Shown here: positions 25,141 to 38,500 of the stretch, piece after piece | How positions within the stretch are numbered: the first letter of the stretch is position 1 | Layout: each line of letters opens with the position of its first letter | Assembly: GCA_050273025.1 (NCBI GenBank) | Contig: CP158635.1 | Location: forward strand, 33,480,001-33,544,000 | Length of the DNA: 64,000 nucleotides | Reading direction: 5' to 3' | Origin: Cenococcum geophilum | Lineage: Eukaryota | Position numbers and translations under genes: made by a program | The notes under the pieces: generated by a model | Databases searched by the model: none | What the model saw: only the letters and a program-made list of their open reading frames with translations | What the model was told of the DNA's origin: nothing

Positions 25141-25432
25141 TTTTAATTTCGGCATATCTATTATGCCGAAATTAGACAAATGTTCTAAAAGGTCTCGTTG
25201 TTTTAATTTCGGCATATTTATTATACTAAAATCAGAACTTTATTCTAAGAGGTCTTATTGTTTCAATTTTGGTATAATAAATATGCCGAAATCAGACAAA
25301 AGTTCTAAAAGGTCTCGTTGTTTTAATTTTGGCATATTTATTATGCCGAAATCAGACTAAAGTTTTAAAAAGTCGCGTTATTTTAATTTTGGTATAATAA
25401 ATATGCCGAAATCAGACCAAAGCTCTAAAAGG
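25141..25432 (-). repeat. 5 x 60-bp tandem array with palindromic core TTTCGGCAT-N7-ATGCCGAAA, inverted relative to 3901-4192
   Basis: Exact 60-bp period visible line to line. Flank 25433-25480 is also homologous (inverted) to about 3580-3630. Confidence 0.92.
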
Positions 25433-25665
25433 CTACTTTTAGTTTAACGCCTCTTACCCAACTTATGTCCATAATTTATTATTTATTCTTAATTCTTAAT
25501 TAACGTCTGGTGCGGTCCCAATTAAGGTCTATATAGATTACTACCGCGATATAGGTATAAAAAACCTCTAAGGTAAACGTAAGTGGTAATATAGAGTATA
25601 CCCTTCTAGGTAACACGCCCGTACTACATTAATAGGAGGAAAAATACCGTTAGGTCGCTGCTCTG

Positions 25666-25867
25666 TATTAGCGACTTAGTTAATTAAGGTATAAGCACTA
25701 TAAGATAGACGCGTAAGCCTATATAATTAGATTGTCTATAAACAAGAATCTAAAGCTAAGGAAAAGGAAAGGAGAGGATAAGTAGCGCTACTTGAAGTTT
25801 TATATAATCTTCGCATTATATAACCACAATCTGCGGTAATTTATAGTAATTTGCCAGTACTGTAACA
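25666..25867 (-). mobile_element. Solo LTR, family A (U3 variant)
   Basis: TATTAGCGAC...TGTAACA. Abuts a truncated GGGAATTAAGG-type end. Flanks ctctg/taaga do not match. Confidence 0.9.
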
Positions 25868-28800
25868 TAAGATGCCATTAGTAAAAAAAAAAAAAAAAAA
25901 AAGGTTTTGGTATGTTAATATGCCGAAACTAAGTCACGAGTTATTAAGGAAACCGCTTTAAGTTTTCCACAACAATATAGCCTATATTAAGAAATGATCT
26001 TCTAATTTATAATATATTCCACCCTACCTATCTAATTGTAGATAAGGAGAATATTAATAGGGCTTTTTTTATGTGTGGGCTTTAGTACCTAACCTAGCTA
26101 GCTTTAATAGAATGCGACCATATAAGGTATTGCGTGAAATTTGCCCTAATATAGCAGTTAAGTTAGAGAAGGCCGATAAAGAGGTAGATTTAGTAATCTA
26201 ACCGGATAATATTAGATATGTAATAAATGCGTAGTTAAGTAGAGCTGGTTGGGCTAAGCACTTAGGGTATTTTAATAGCGAATAGTTAAAAGATTTAATC
26301 TGGAGGCCGGAAAAGTAGGAGAAAGGGTTAGCTAAGGTGTGTTAGGCGATAGAAATAGTAATTTAAAAGGCCTAGTGGGCGTTATATACTAATATAGTTG
26401 GGTTATTAGCGGTAAATTATATTAATAGGCGGGAGATAGGTAACGATATAAATAAAAAGCCGTTAAATGCTATATAAATGGGTATAACAATAATCACGTA
26501 TAGTAGGGTATGGACTAAAATAGTAAGTTATATATAGCGAACCTATATATTAGAGGGGGTTAAACCGGGAAATAGAGAAGAGGAAGATAGGGAGGAGAGA
26601 AAGGGGGAAAGAATAAAAGGAAAGAAGCTGGTATATAGATTTATAATTTAATAGGTAAAGAGATTATAGAAGATTAAAGAAATTATAAAAGAGGTTAAAG
26701 AGGAAGTTAATAAGGGAGAGGGAAATAAAGAGAAAAGTAAGGATAAGGATAAAGAGAGTAAGGAGGAATAGGAGAGGTTAGGGGATCGAGTTTTAGTTTT
26801 TTTATTAGCGTTATTAGACTATAATTTAAAGGATAACGAGTATAGGAGCGCGTTTGTTAGCGCGTCGGCTATATTAGGGGTGGATAATATCTATAAATAG
26901 AAAGACCCGTTAATTTATACGCCTACGATGTCCGCCATAATTATAGTCGCAAAAATGTTAGTATTATACCAGGCTAAAAAGATATAAGAGGAACGGGTAG
27001 TAGACATTATAAAATAAGATGGTTTTAGTAGGGAGGACGCTAAGGATTAAGCGCTAAGCTATTTTAATTTAGTTAAGGAGATAGCTAACTGGTTTATAAC
27101 ATTGACTAATTACGGAGGTAATCCTAGCCTAATAGATTAGTTGTTATGTTTACGTACGTATAGGATAGGGACTAGATTTAATATGAATGCGGGTAGTATT
27201 ATATAGTAGGTAGGAGATATATTGTTATACGGCTATATTAAGTTTAGCATAGCGGGTTTACGGTTAATAATTTACGGGTTAGTTAAGATAACGCGGATAG
27301 AGTTATAAAAGGAGTTATTATTATTAGGCGTTAATAAGGACGGCTAGATTATAAATAAAGTAATAAAGTTACCTGGGATTAAGTGGGATAGTTTAGTAGA
27401 TAACCCGGTAAAGATAAAGATGGGTTAGAATTTTTTTAAATATAACATAAATACGTTTAGGGGCGTAGACGGTAGGAAATAGTTAATAGCGTATATAGTT
27501 AAAGAGCGGGGTTTAAGAGAAGCGTTTATTAATATATAGGCCATAGACGCAGCAGTAGTGGGTAGGGTAAAAGTAGTTTAGAAGGGCGACTGGGTAAGAA
27601 AGTATGGCAAAGCGGTACGATTATTCTGGGAACATTTATTAGTATTAGCGTATATAATAGGTAGACAGCCGGTATATAGTATAGAGCTAATAACGGTATA
27701 GTATAAGAATAGCGCTAATAGGGAGAGCCGTGGCATATTTATAGAGGATAGGTTAATAGTATATATAACTAGGTACTATAAGGGGATCAGGGCCAGCAGA
27801 AAGGCAAAGATTATCCACCGTTATTTACTATAAGAGGTTAGGGAATTATTGTTTTATTATTTATAGTTAGTTATACTATTTTAGTAGAAGTTAGAGAGCG
27901 CGTATATAAAGAAGAGAGGGATAGAAGGTAGTCCGTTTATATAGGAACTAGTAAAGAAGGAGCTATAGGTAGGTTTACGGCTAGGTAAGAGAAGATAAAT
28001 AGAAAAAAAGGAAAAGGAAAGGGAAGAGGGCGAGGAGGTTAAAGGGGAAGAAAAAAGGGGAGAGAATAATAGTTATATTAAAGGAGCGCCGGATAAATAG
28101 GATATGAATTATATAAGACGAGCGATCTAATAGGTTTTAATATAGTAGATAGGGGTTAAATTAATAATAATAGGATGGCGATATATAAGTAAGGCGATTT
28201 ATTATAAATATATTAACAATAAGGCGGTAATTAAAGCGGTAGTTAAAGGGGATAAGGGCGAAGATAAAGAGGATAATCCGTTTAATATATAAACTAGGCA
28301 CAGTTTTAAGATTAGAGGGGGGATTTACGGAAGACTAATTATAGAGTTACCGTTTAGTACTAAGTCCTAAAGAATAGCGTTAAGGCGGGTTAGTATAGGG
28401 TGGCATTAGTAGTTGTTATTTAAGTTAGCGTTAGAAGTTTAATTAAAAAAGGGTAGTTAGGTAGCTAAAGCCAGGAGAGAGGCGATAGAGGAGGAATTCC
28501 GGCATTGGAGGAGGATAAGAGTAATAGATATTTAAGAATAGTTAAAGGCGTTAATTAGAGAAGGGGCCAAGTTTAGGGATATTTAAGAACGGGCTATATA
28601 GGCGATTATGCGATAAAAGAGCCTAGTTATTATAGTTATGGGTATAAGGGCTAGGAAGAGTATATTATTTATATTACCGGCATTATATTCTACGGGGGTG
28701 ACGGTAGTAGTTATCCCGTTAATTTTGTTAAGGGATAATTTAAAGGACCGTTACGATAAGGTAGGAATTAAGTGCGTTAAATAGGATAGCCGTAAACCAT

Positions 28801-30539
28801 ATAAATGGGCGTTAGTTGTTTTAGTTATACCAAAATTAGTAGTTAGTAAAGGTTTTAGGGATTTTATTAATTAATAGCGGGCCATAGGGAAGTTAGACTA
28901 GATAGTAATTAATAAATACTATATTGTTTTAGATTTAACTAAGGGTTAAAGGATATAGATATTAAGGTTATGGGATTTAGTTAAGACGGAGACACAGTTA
29001 GTATATTTAACGGCGACAATACGGCTAAGAGACGAGGTGGAGTTTATATAGTTAATAGGGTTACTAGTAAAAGAAAAAAGCTATTAGTTTAGAGGGGTAA
29101 TAATATAAAAGAACGTTAAATACTAGATTCGGTTATATAACTAAGAGGAGGAGAAAAAGGCGGTAAAGAAATTAGTAAAGAAGAAGAAGCGCTAGTACCT
29201 AATACCCGGATAGATAATTGTATATTATAATAAGGTAGAGAAGACGGTTAGGTTAGGGACGGGTTTAGGTTATGTTTATTATCACTAGTAGGTTAGAAGT
29301 AGGACGGAAAAGAGTAAGTTAGTATAATAGTTAACGGAAGAAATATAATAGGCTTTTACGGCCACGAACGCGTTAGGTTTAAAGGTTAATGCGCTAATAA
29401 TCTAGGTGGTAATCTATATTAGGGTAGTAAGGAAGTTATAGGATTATAGATAGGAAAGTAGTAGGGTAGGGCGGGACGGGTTAAAGAGTAAGGCGATTAT
29501 ATTACGCGGGGTATAATATAATTAGGCAGGGAAGATTTAAAAAGGGGGTTTAAGTAAGGATATTAAAGAGGATATACTAGAGTTTATAATAACTAAAGGT
29601 TATATATAGGTTATTTTAGACCAAGAAATAGATAGAAGGAAAGATAGGGTTAGTTATAAAGATAGGGAAGAAAAGTATAATAGATGCCGAGCGAATAAGG
29701 TAGGGTTAAGAGGGAAAGAAATAAATACGGAGGTAGGAATAGAAGAGGAAGTAGTAGGGGTAGAGATAAAAGAGGAAGTAATAGAGGTGGATGGATTAGA
29801 AAAGGAGAAGGAGAAAAAGGTAGAAATAATTAAATTTAAACAGGAGGTAGAGAGGCGAAGATTAATAGCGGTTAAAGAGATAGAGTTATAATTAAGAGAG
29901 ATATTAGAGGTATAGGTGTTAAAGGAAAGGTTAAAAGAGTGGATATTAGGTTATTAGCGGTATAGGGCGGCGGGTAAAGTAGATAAGAAGTGTTTGGGTT
30001 ATAGTATTTAGAAATGCTATAAAGAATAGGCGGATATAATTAGGGATAAAATTAAGGGGATAAAGAGGTTAATTAAGTAGGAGAGGTTTTTATATTATTT
30101 TAAGTGTGGAATCCCGTAGGGTATATATAAGAGGTTTAAGATAAACCTAAGCAATAGTAGTTAGAGGAAGAGAAGAGGGGTATTTATCAGTTTAAGGGGG
30201 TATTGGTTAAGTTATTAATGTTAAATTAGATTATATAGCTGGTTAAGTTTAAGGTATAAGTTAAGGGTAGGATAAAAAAGGACGGTTTAGAATGGGTTAA
30301 TCTAAGTAATATTAAACCGGTAATAAGATAAATAGGAAAGAAAATTAGGTAGGGAGAATTGGAGAGTAATAGAATATACTAGGTATTTTATAAATTTTTA
30401 GAGTATAGAGTATTATAATAATTTAAGCGGTAGGTAATGTTAATTTTAGTATACTAATATTAAAAAAGAAGTAATTTCGGTATATTAATATGCCAAACCC
30501 CCCCCCTTTTTTTTATTTACTAATGCTACCTTAATTCCC
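25868..30539 (+). mobile_element. Helicase module bounded by inverted end motifs ((GGGAAT)TAAGGTGGCATTAGT-A tract-palindrome)
   Basis: Left end 25868-25952 matches 2595-2672. Right end 30475-30539 (palindrome, C/T tract, ACTAATGCTACCTTAATTCCC) is the reverse complement of the same motif. Confidence 0.7.
26130..30410 (+). pseudogene. Telomere-linked-helicase (TLH)-type RecQ helicase with N-terminal tyrosine-recombinase-like region and C-terminal Cys-rich domain
   Basis: Reverted motifs: AWL.RAGW..HL (about 26230), HMTGGQPARGTEL..KNSANGESRGIFIEDGL..TRYHKG..KIIHRYLP (27650-27830), GWRHISKAI (about 28172), QTGHS..IYGR (about 28290-28335), Walker A VMGTGAGKSMLF (about 28635), IVIDECH (about 28902), LTAT, ATNALGLGVD, QESGRAGRDG (about 29450), RQC cysteines (about 29600-29690). 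Confidence 0.9.
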
Positions 30540-30589
30540 TAATAATATAGTAAAATATAATTATTATAAAAATAGATAATAATTAATCT

Positions 30590-30700
30590 AAATAAGTGTT
30601 AAGATAAGTGTTAAGATAAGTGTTAAAATAAGTGTTAAGATAAGTATTGAGATAAGTATTAAGATAAGTAATAAGATAAGTGTTAAGATAAGTGTTAAAA
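30590..30700 (+). repeat. About 9-10 x 12-bp tandem repeat AAGATAAGTGTT
   Basis: Directly visible. An inverted copy of about 4 units lies at about 49944-49992. Confidence 0.9.
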
Positions 30701-31089
30701 TAGACGGTTAAGGGGAGTCGTAATTAAGAAGCTTAATATTTAATAGAGAAAGAAGCTTATATATTATTAAACGGATAATTAAGTATAAAAACACTATCTT
30801 ATTATAAGAGGCTCTAGAGCCTTATTATATACATTAAATAGGTAGTAAAAAGGCTAATAAAGATGTTATTTAGTTAGCAATAAGTAATGGAAATAGGTAA
30901 TAAGATATTTAATAAGATATATAATTAAGAAAGAGGGTAATTAGTTATAAGTTAAGAGATAACTAAGACAAAGTATATAAATACGATTTGGGTCAACAGA
31001 TAGTAGTATAATAGTGGTAAGGAAATCCGATTTAGGTTAATATATATATATTATTCCTAAAGGTAAGCTGCCATCCTATTAAACTCCGC

Positions 31090-32278
31090 CCATTTCTTAA
31101 TCCTTATTCACTGCGCCTTCTGTATATTTATTAAATTCATCTATAATAAGCGAATTTAGAAGTGCACTGTAGCTAGTAATATTATCTCCGCATTTATAGA
31201 GGCGAGGAAGGAGCTAGTGCTAAGCGAAAAGGATAAGGTAATTAATAGTATTAACGGCTAAGTCTATCTATCTACAGTTAACCAGCAGGATACTGCCCTT
31301 AATATTTTTCCGCCATTCTAGGCGGCGGCCCTAGTCCTAGCTATTAGGATCTAGGTATAGATAAAGTATATTATAAATAGGGTTATTAAAGTAATTAGGT
31401 AAAGCGAAGTTAGACTTTTAGAGGGGATTGGGGGAATAGGTACCCGTATATAGTCTTAGGGCGGTAAATCCTAAGTACTTAGTAATAGGGGAGGGATTAT
31501 TAGCTTCGGAGAAGAGAGGATAATGGTATAGGATATTAATGGGCTTAAATAACGGCCGGTTATATAGGTAACAGTTCCTATAGGCGTTAACGCGGACGCC
31601 TTTAAGCTTAGCGGTCTTAATAGGCAAGACGACATTATGGGCGAAGTGGGTATTGGCACTAATGCTATTGGTAGCGCTACTAATACTGTTATAAAACTAG
31701 GATATATAGTTAACGATATCGTGGTAATTAACTAAGGAAATATATTAGTAGTAGGGAGGGTTAGGGCTAAGGCTAACCTTAGCTATAACTAGGAAGGGTC
31801 TATACTAGAAATGCTAGCGGCTGCCGCCAATAATGGCAATACTTTAATTAGGTAGAAGGGTTTAAAAGATATTATAGCCGGTTAACTTAATAATATAGTT
31901 ATTAAGGACAAAGGTGCGAAGAGCGTTACTATAGATTATATTAAGGCTTATACCGACAACATTAGTCTTAGTAGAGGAAATATTAAGGTGGCCTTATAGG
32001 ATAGGTTTGTTATAGCCATTTATATTTGGGTAAAAAGGGATAATTTCAACCTATATAAGGCGAGGTTTAGAGCTAAGGAGTGTAGGGAAAAGTATAGCCT
32101 GTTAGTGATTTTTGGATGGAGGTTCTTAAAATTTTATAAAGGGTTTATAAAGGTGTTTATAGATAGACTAGTCGGACTGCTAGTATTTTATAGAGTAGTA
32201 AGCGGTAAAATAGCAGCGGGAGTATTGTTTGGCGTTAGTAGCGTTATAGGTAGTATAGGAGTTAGTAGAGTTTAGTAT
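31090..32278 (-). pseudogene. MYND-type zinc-finger protein
   Basis: Reverted N-terminus C.TCNATNAKQCSRC..TAYCS.KCQQSDWSIHKHLCK..F..PPS.NH..AILFP. The downstream conserved-looking region GVRVNA.G.CYL..RP.F.P..I...HPLF includes ORF-track 31418-31627. Confidence 0.85.
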
Positions 32279-32596
32279 TTTTAAAGATAAAAGAAGCAAG
32301 GAGGTATTAAGGTAGAAGGTAAAATTAGGAGCGAAAGTAGGGGTAGTTAATATTTAAAGGAGGAAAGAAAAGGAAGGCTGGTAGTTATATAATATTAGGG
32401 AGGCTAGTAATACTAGCCTTGTTATAGTACTAGAAGATTAATTCTTAATAGTTTTAGTATATTAATATGCCAAAATTAGGATTTTAATATACTAAAATTA
32501 ATATGGCTTAAATAAATAGCTCTAAATTAAAGCTTAAACGAATACTATATTATAGAGATACTATTATAGCGCTAGTAGAAAACGGTGGATTATAGT

Positions 32597-35500
32597 TAAT
32601 AATAATAATAATAATAATGATGTTTATTCCGCCCGGAGGTACTAAGCCTAAAGGGCACTAGTACTATATTATATATTTTTACTCCTTTTAGTCTCGCTAT
32701 ATTCTTATACAAGCCTATATATATGCCTTACTTAGTACTCCCTAGTATTACTAATACCTTATTCTACGAGATCTTATAGGTAGTTAGTAGTAGGTAGTTT
32801 TAGGGGGCTGTTCCTCTAAGTATTTATTATCCTATTTTTGGCAATTAAAGTAAAATCTGCTAGTAACACAAGGGTACGTAGTATAGGTTGGTCAAAGTAT
32901 AAGGGGGGGGAGAAGTTTAACTATAGTGGGCGGGTTATTAATCCGGTTCTGCCTTAAGTCGTCCAGTAGCTATTATATATTTTACTATTGTTTAAACCAC
33001 GTCTATATTTAGTGTTTACTATCTAGGGTTAGATAGCGCCTTGCCCCTAAGGTAAAAGGATAAGCTGCCTTGTCTTATATCTATTTACTATAGCATTTAT
33101 TTTTAATACGCTGTCTATTTTATACACCTAAAGAGGAAATGTTTTACTGTTTCTCTTACTTGTCTACAGTTATATTAATCTAATTCTACCACTCTAATCC
33201 GGTATAAATATCTATTAAGTTATATTATTCCCGTCCGTAGTTAGGCTAATACGTTTACCTCTTCTTACTTAAGAGAGTTATATAGCCTACGGGTATATTT
33301 ACCTAGTAGCGCTATATCTATTTTTCTTAAGTACCTTCTTACTCCTTTTAGTAGTATTTTCCTACCCTACTGTCTTACTCTTGCTATATTAATTGTTATA
33401 GCCTTAGCCTAGTATTGTTGTCCTTACGGTAGGCGTCCTTATATAGTAGCCCACTATGTTGCTTTTTTTACCTTCTTACCTAGTGCAAACTCCCTTTATA
33501 TTGGGACCCATGCTATAAGAACGCGGTTACTTCTTTACCTTAGTGTGTGGGTTATATTATAGATCTATATAATACTTATTTAGCTAAACTAGTGCTTAAG
33601 TTAGCTAAGCGCTAGTAGTACCGCCTAATTACTAGTAAATATAGTAATCTATTTCCCCTATAGATCCAGTAGTAAGCGTCTTATTACTAATAATATTACT
33701 ATTAGTTTAGCCGTATATAGGTTCTATTCTACTCTTAGTCCTAGTATAGTTAAGTATATAACCGCTTCCCTATTTGGTGTATTACTAAGGGTATTATAGA
33801 TAACACCTTCTATCCCCACTATGCCTCTCCTTCTAGATAAGCTTATTGCGATCTATATACCTTAAACGGAGTTAGCGGCTTTAGTTGCCCTATCTTTATC
33901 TAGGTTAATACTTATAGGTAGTCGGTCCTCCTATAGTAGTACTACGTAGGGTTAAATGACCTCTATTTTATCTGTTGGTGTATATTAGTGTATATAAGCT
34001 ATCTTCTATAATAGGGATGTAAACCTCTAAAGCACCTTTATACGGAGCCTTAAGAGTGGGTTCGTTTTATATAGCGTATAGAGGTCGACCTATAGCTTAG
34101 TGGCCCTCTTTAAATGCCGCTCGCGTACTAACCGTATACTTACTTCGGCTTCCCTAATAACTATAGCTACTATATAGAAAGTTCCTATAATTGCCTGCGC
34201 TCTAATTCTTTGTACCCTATTTATTACGGCTATAGCAGAACCCCTATAGACGTATATCTAGATATTTAAGGCGTAGTCTACTACTAGCGCTACTGTTGCC
34301 CCAAATAGCTGTTTTATAGTTAAGGGGGATACCATCTAGAGTCTCTTTAGTGCTATAGCTGCGATAAGGCCCTTAGTGGCTGCTTTTACGATATATTGCT
34401 TATACTAAAGCTCCGCATCCATAACTACCCCTAAAATCTTAGCTATATGCCCTAATATAACTGTTTTTCCCTTAATTATAAACGGGGTAGTATTAGTCCG
34501 CTCCGCGTTTTTCGTAAAGTGCACTAATATAGTCTTTTCTCCTTTAAACGTTGCGCCGCTTTGTTTCTCCCAGTTTATTACTCTATTAATAATAGCCTAA
34601 ATACCTTCGCAGTTTGCTGCTGCTGATAGTCCTATAACCTATACATTATAGTTGTCTATAAACGCCATTAAGCCTCTATTTATATTAAGCCGGTGCTAAA
34701 CTAGGTCGGCGTTAAAAAAGAGGAATAGTATTAGTAAGAGCGGCGATCCTTGCGGTAGTCCTACTTATAGTAACTATTACTAGTTAGAGGTATAGCCGTT
34801 AACTAAGATAGTTGCCATACGATTAAAGCAGAATACATCGATCTACTACACTAGTACTAGCGGTATACCTCTTACTATAAGCCTCTGTAATAGCCTCTCT
34901 TTATATACTCTGTTATATACCCCTTTTATATTAAAGCTAATAAGGCTAAGTACCTTCCTAGACCTCTATGCGTTGTATATATGTTCTTATAGTAGTAGTA
35001 GCGCCTATTTAGTAGAGCGCTTTTTCCTCGCCCTAAAGTGATTTATAGGTAGTAGTCTAAAGGTTTCTACCGCGTGTGATATTCTCTTGGCGACTATAGA
35101 CTCTAGCACTTTACTTAATATAGAAAGCAGAGAAATAGGCCTCTATACCCTTGCCTTTATATAGTCTCCTTTATTTAGCTTCTTAAGCGGTATAATCTTA
35201 GCATTTCTCTATTAGTTAGAAAGGTTACCCTTATTTAGTAAGGTCTAAAAGAGAAGCAGGACCCTATCTTTTATTACTAGCCATATCTACCTCTATACCA
35301 TCGCTAGTAGGCCATTATCCCCTAGCGCTTTCTATAGCTTTACTATAAATATCTTCTATTCCACCTCTTCTATTATAAGACGCGGCATTAGTATTAGCGT
35401 TTGTTAGGGCTACGGGCCCTCGTTCTCTATTCCTACTAGTAGTGGGGGAAAAAACGTAGTTAATAGCTCCGCTGCTTGCTTATCTTTTCCTTCTATAGTA

Positions 35501-38500
35501 GATCTATTTATCCTTACTAGCGGTGGTATCTTATTAAACGCTGAGTTGCCGCTTAGGTTAAGGTATTTTACTACTTACTAAATATTTACATTATCGGCCA
35601 GGAAGTCGTTCTAGTGTATCCTTTTCTATTTCCGTATTGCATTATGGTATTCCTTTAAGGCCTCTTTTACTCATTACTTTAGTTCTAGTAATATCTAACC
35701 TATTTAGCGTTGGTTCTTTACCCAGTTCCTTTAGTAAGTGTATACCCGGCGGAGCTTTATAAGGTTTATTATTTACTACCTTTTTATATATAGTGACGGT
35801 TTAGCTTTCGGAGTTAATGCGTATACTACCTCTAGTACTACATCTATAAGCCGGTCTATTTGCTACTATACTTTACCGCCTATTAGGATTATACAGAGGG
35901 CGGTAGCAATCCTATTCCTAATTTTATTCTATAGTACGTTTTTAAAGAGTATTCTCTATTCTATAGCGCGTTTAGGGATTACAATATCAAATATCGTCTC
36001 AATTGCCCTATAATTAGATCCGTGTTCTATCCTATATACTATATACTTTACTATTATAGATGCTAGCTTATCTAATACTAGGATTAGGTTAATTGTTATC
36101 TTATAGTTACCATTTTACCATATTTTTATACCCCTAGGTAGTAGGCTATGTAGGGAGTAATCTCCTATAAGGTTAATAATTGGGTTAGCTTCTCCCTATC
36201 TTACTAGCAAGACGTTATTTCCTCCCTATAGCTAGTTGTACTAATTAAAGTCTCCTATAAGTATTATATTGGTTTATATCCCTATCTTATTCTATATTTC
36301 CTAGATTAATTAGTATAGTTTACTAGTTATATCCTATAGTACCTCTATATTCTTTCCCTTAATGTATACTAATACTACCAGTACTAATTAGTTGGGAAGG
36401 CGCAGCACTACTATAGTAAGATCTGCCGATTATACTAGCACCTATTTAGCCTTAATATCTTTTTAAATCTATAACATACTCTATACCGCCTACCTCTCTT
36501 TATATTAGACCGTGGGTATTACCTTAGTCTAATTTAAGTGTCCTATAGGAATAGTTATAACTATATTATTTATTTTCTATATATACGGCTCTAATATTAC
36601 TAACACTCTAAAGTCTTTTAATTATTTATCGTTTATTAGGCTCTGCTATACTATACTCTATTTTTAAATATTTAGTTAAAGTACCTAAAGTGTCTTATGT
36701 ATAGCGGGTAGGATAAAGCACTCGGTAATTTTTACTAAACGATTTATATAGTCCTCCATATGGTATATATTTTAGGATCTATCCTTAGCAATTATTATAA
36801 TAATATCCTTTTTAAGCGCATCTAGTATATACTTACGGTCTTATATATATAAAAGCTTTATATCCTAGTATCTAATACCAGTAGTAATATTAGTATAGTT
36901 TTTAATAACTTATTATTAATAAGATTAATTAATAATTATTATTAATAACAATTAATTATTATCGATTCTTATTAATAATTTTTACCGCTTAACTAAAATT
37001 TCTAAACTCCATCCTTCTCTTTAATTATTTTGTATAAATTATAGATTCTAAAATTAATTTATCTCTTACGCCTTTAACTACCTACAATTTAGTTAAAACT
37101 AAATTAAAAGGAAGGGGTAGATCCGCTTATATAATATAGGTTTATACTTAAACGGCACATAATAAAGAGAATTCTCGGCATAAGTTCTATATATACTATA
37201 TAGCAACACCACTATATAGCACTTTAGTTAGTATAAATATATATAAATATCTTAAGTTAAAGTATAGAATATATGTCAACCAAACTCTAGGTCTAATTTA
37301 AGAAGAAACTATCCACTAACTATAGCAACTTTATACTTAAGTAAAGTCTTTAGGCTAAATAGAAGAGATTAATACTTAAGTCTACTAAAAATATCTAAAT
37401 CAGGATATAATTAATAAGGCTTTAATTATACTAATTATTATATAAAACCTTCCTTTTCGAGTTATTAAATAGCCTAAATTTTATACTTTTTACTAAGTGC
37501 TTAATCCAGAATCGTCTAACTTTATAACTATAGCACACTCTTAAGTTATAAAGAAGATTAAGTAGTCTTAGTAGACTTATAAAGACGTTATATAAAAGAA
37601 ACTTTAGTTAGCAGTATTAAGTATTTATCTTTTACTTAATATCTAGACCTCCCTAAATAGGCTTCTTCTTCTAGGGATTTGCGCCTATTTTATTAACTAT
37701 AGTTAAGAGAAGCGCTTAAAGGCCCTTCTTACGCTTTGTATGGTAGCAAACCATAGCGGAAATAAGCAATTTGCTACTCTTCTCCTAATTCTTAAGGACT
37801 ATAGTATTATATAAAAGCTTAGGTCTATCGTTTATAATAACGCCACTTTAAATAATATACTTTATTATACGGTAGAAGCCTATCTCTAAAAAGAGGAGGA
37901 TATTAAATAGGATTCTATATATTGGCGGATCCGCTATACTAGTTATATTATTAATTTAGCTATATAAGCCTTCCTATTTTATAGTCTAATTAAAATAGAG
38001 TAACTTAAGTTATATAATAAAGAAGAAGGAAAAGGAGAGGTAGTAAATAAAGAGAAGAAATAGGCAACCTTTTAGGTTATAGGACCACTTAGTAAGCTTT
38101 ATAATATTATTATATATATCTATAGTTCCGCTAGTTATATAAAGAAGTTTAAAGATTTAGTAAAAAGAATAATTCTACTTAATAACTATATAAGATAGAA
38201 TAGCTAGTTTTAAATACTAGCTATAGCCGATTAAAAGGCAAGAGCTATTAATACCTATACTAAGAACCACTTTGCCACGCTTTAGGTAGATTATTTCTCT
38301 TTAAAAGACTAGAAATAGCTTTATATAATTAAGGAATTCCTTTAACCGTTTTACTAAGTAACTCTAGAGACTTAGGGTAACCGCGCAATAATTAATAGTA
38401 TACTCTTTACTATAGATATTATTATTTAGTACTTTAAAGCCGCGCTTATAAGTAGACTTCCTTTTAAATTAGATAATACTAATACCGTATAATAGTCTAA

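Noticed and set aside
25163..25360. ORF-track 65-aa repetitive ORF
   Set aside because: By-product of the 60-bp period. The homologous array has a 59-bp period, so the frame is not conserved.
25141..25432. CRISPR array (palindromic repeats at regular spacing; also 3901-4192)
   Set aside because: Inter-palindrome segments are near-identical rather than unique spacers, there are no cas genes, and the context is eukaryotic and RIP-mutated.
31471..31659. ORF-track 62-aa ORF
   Set aside because: Alternative frame overlapping the MYND pseudogene. The true frame is that of 31418-31627, itself only a stop-free fragment.
35738..36013. ORF-track 91-aa ORF
   Set aside because: Antisense to LINE ORF2.
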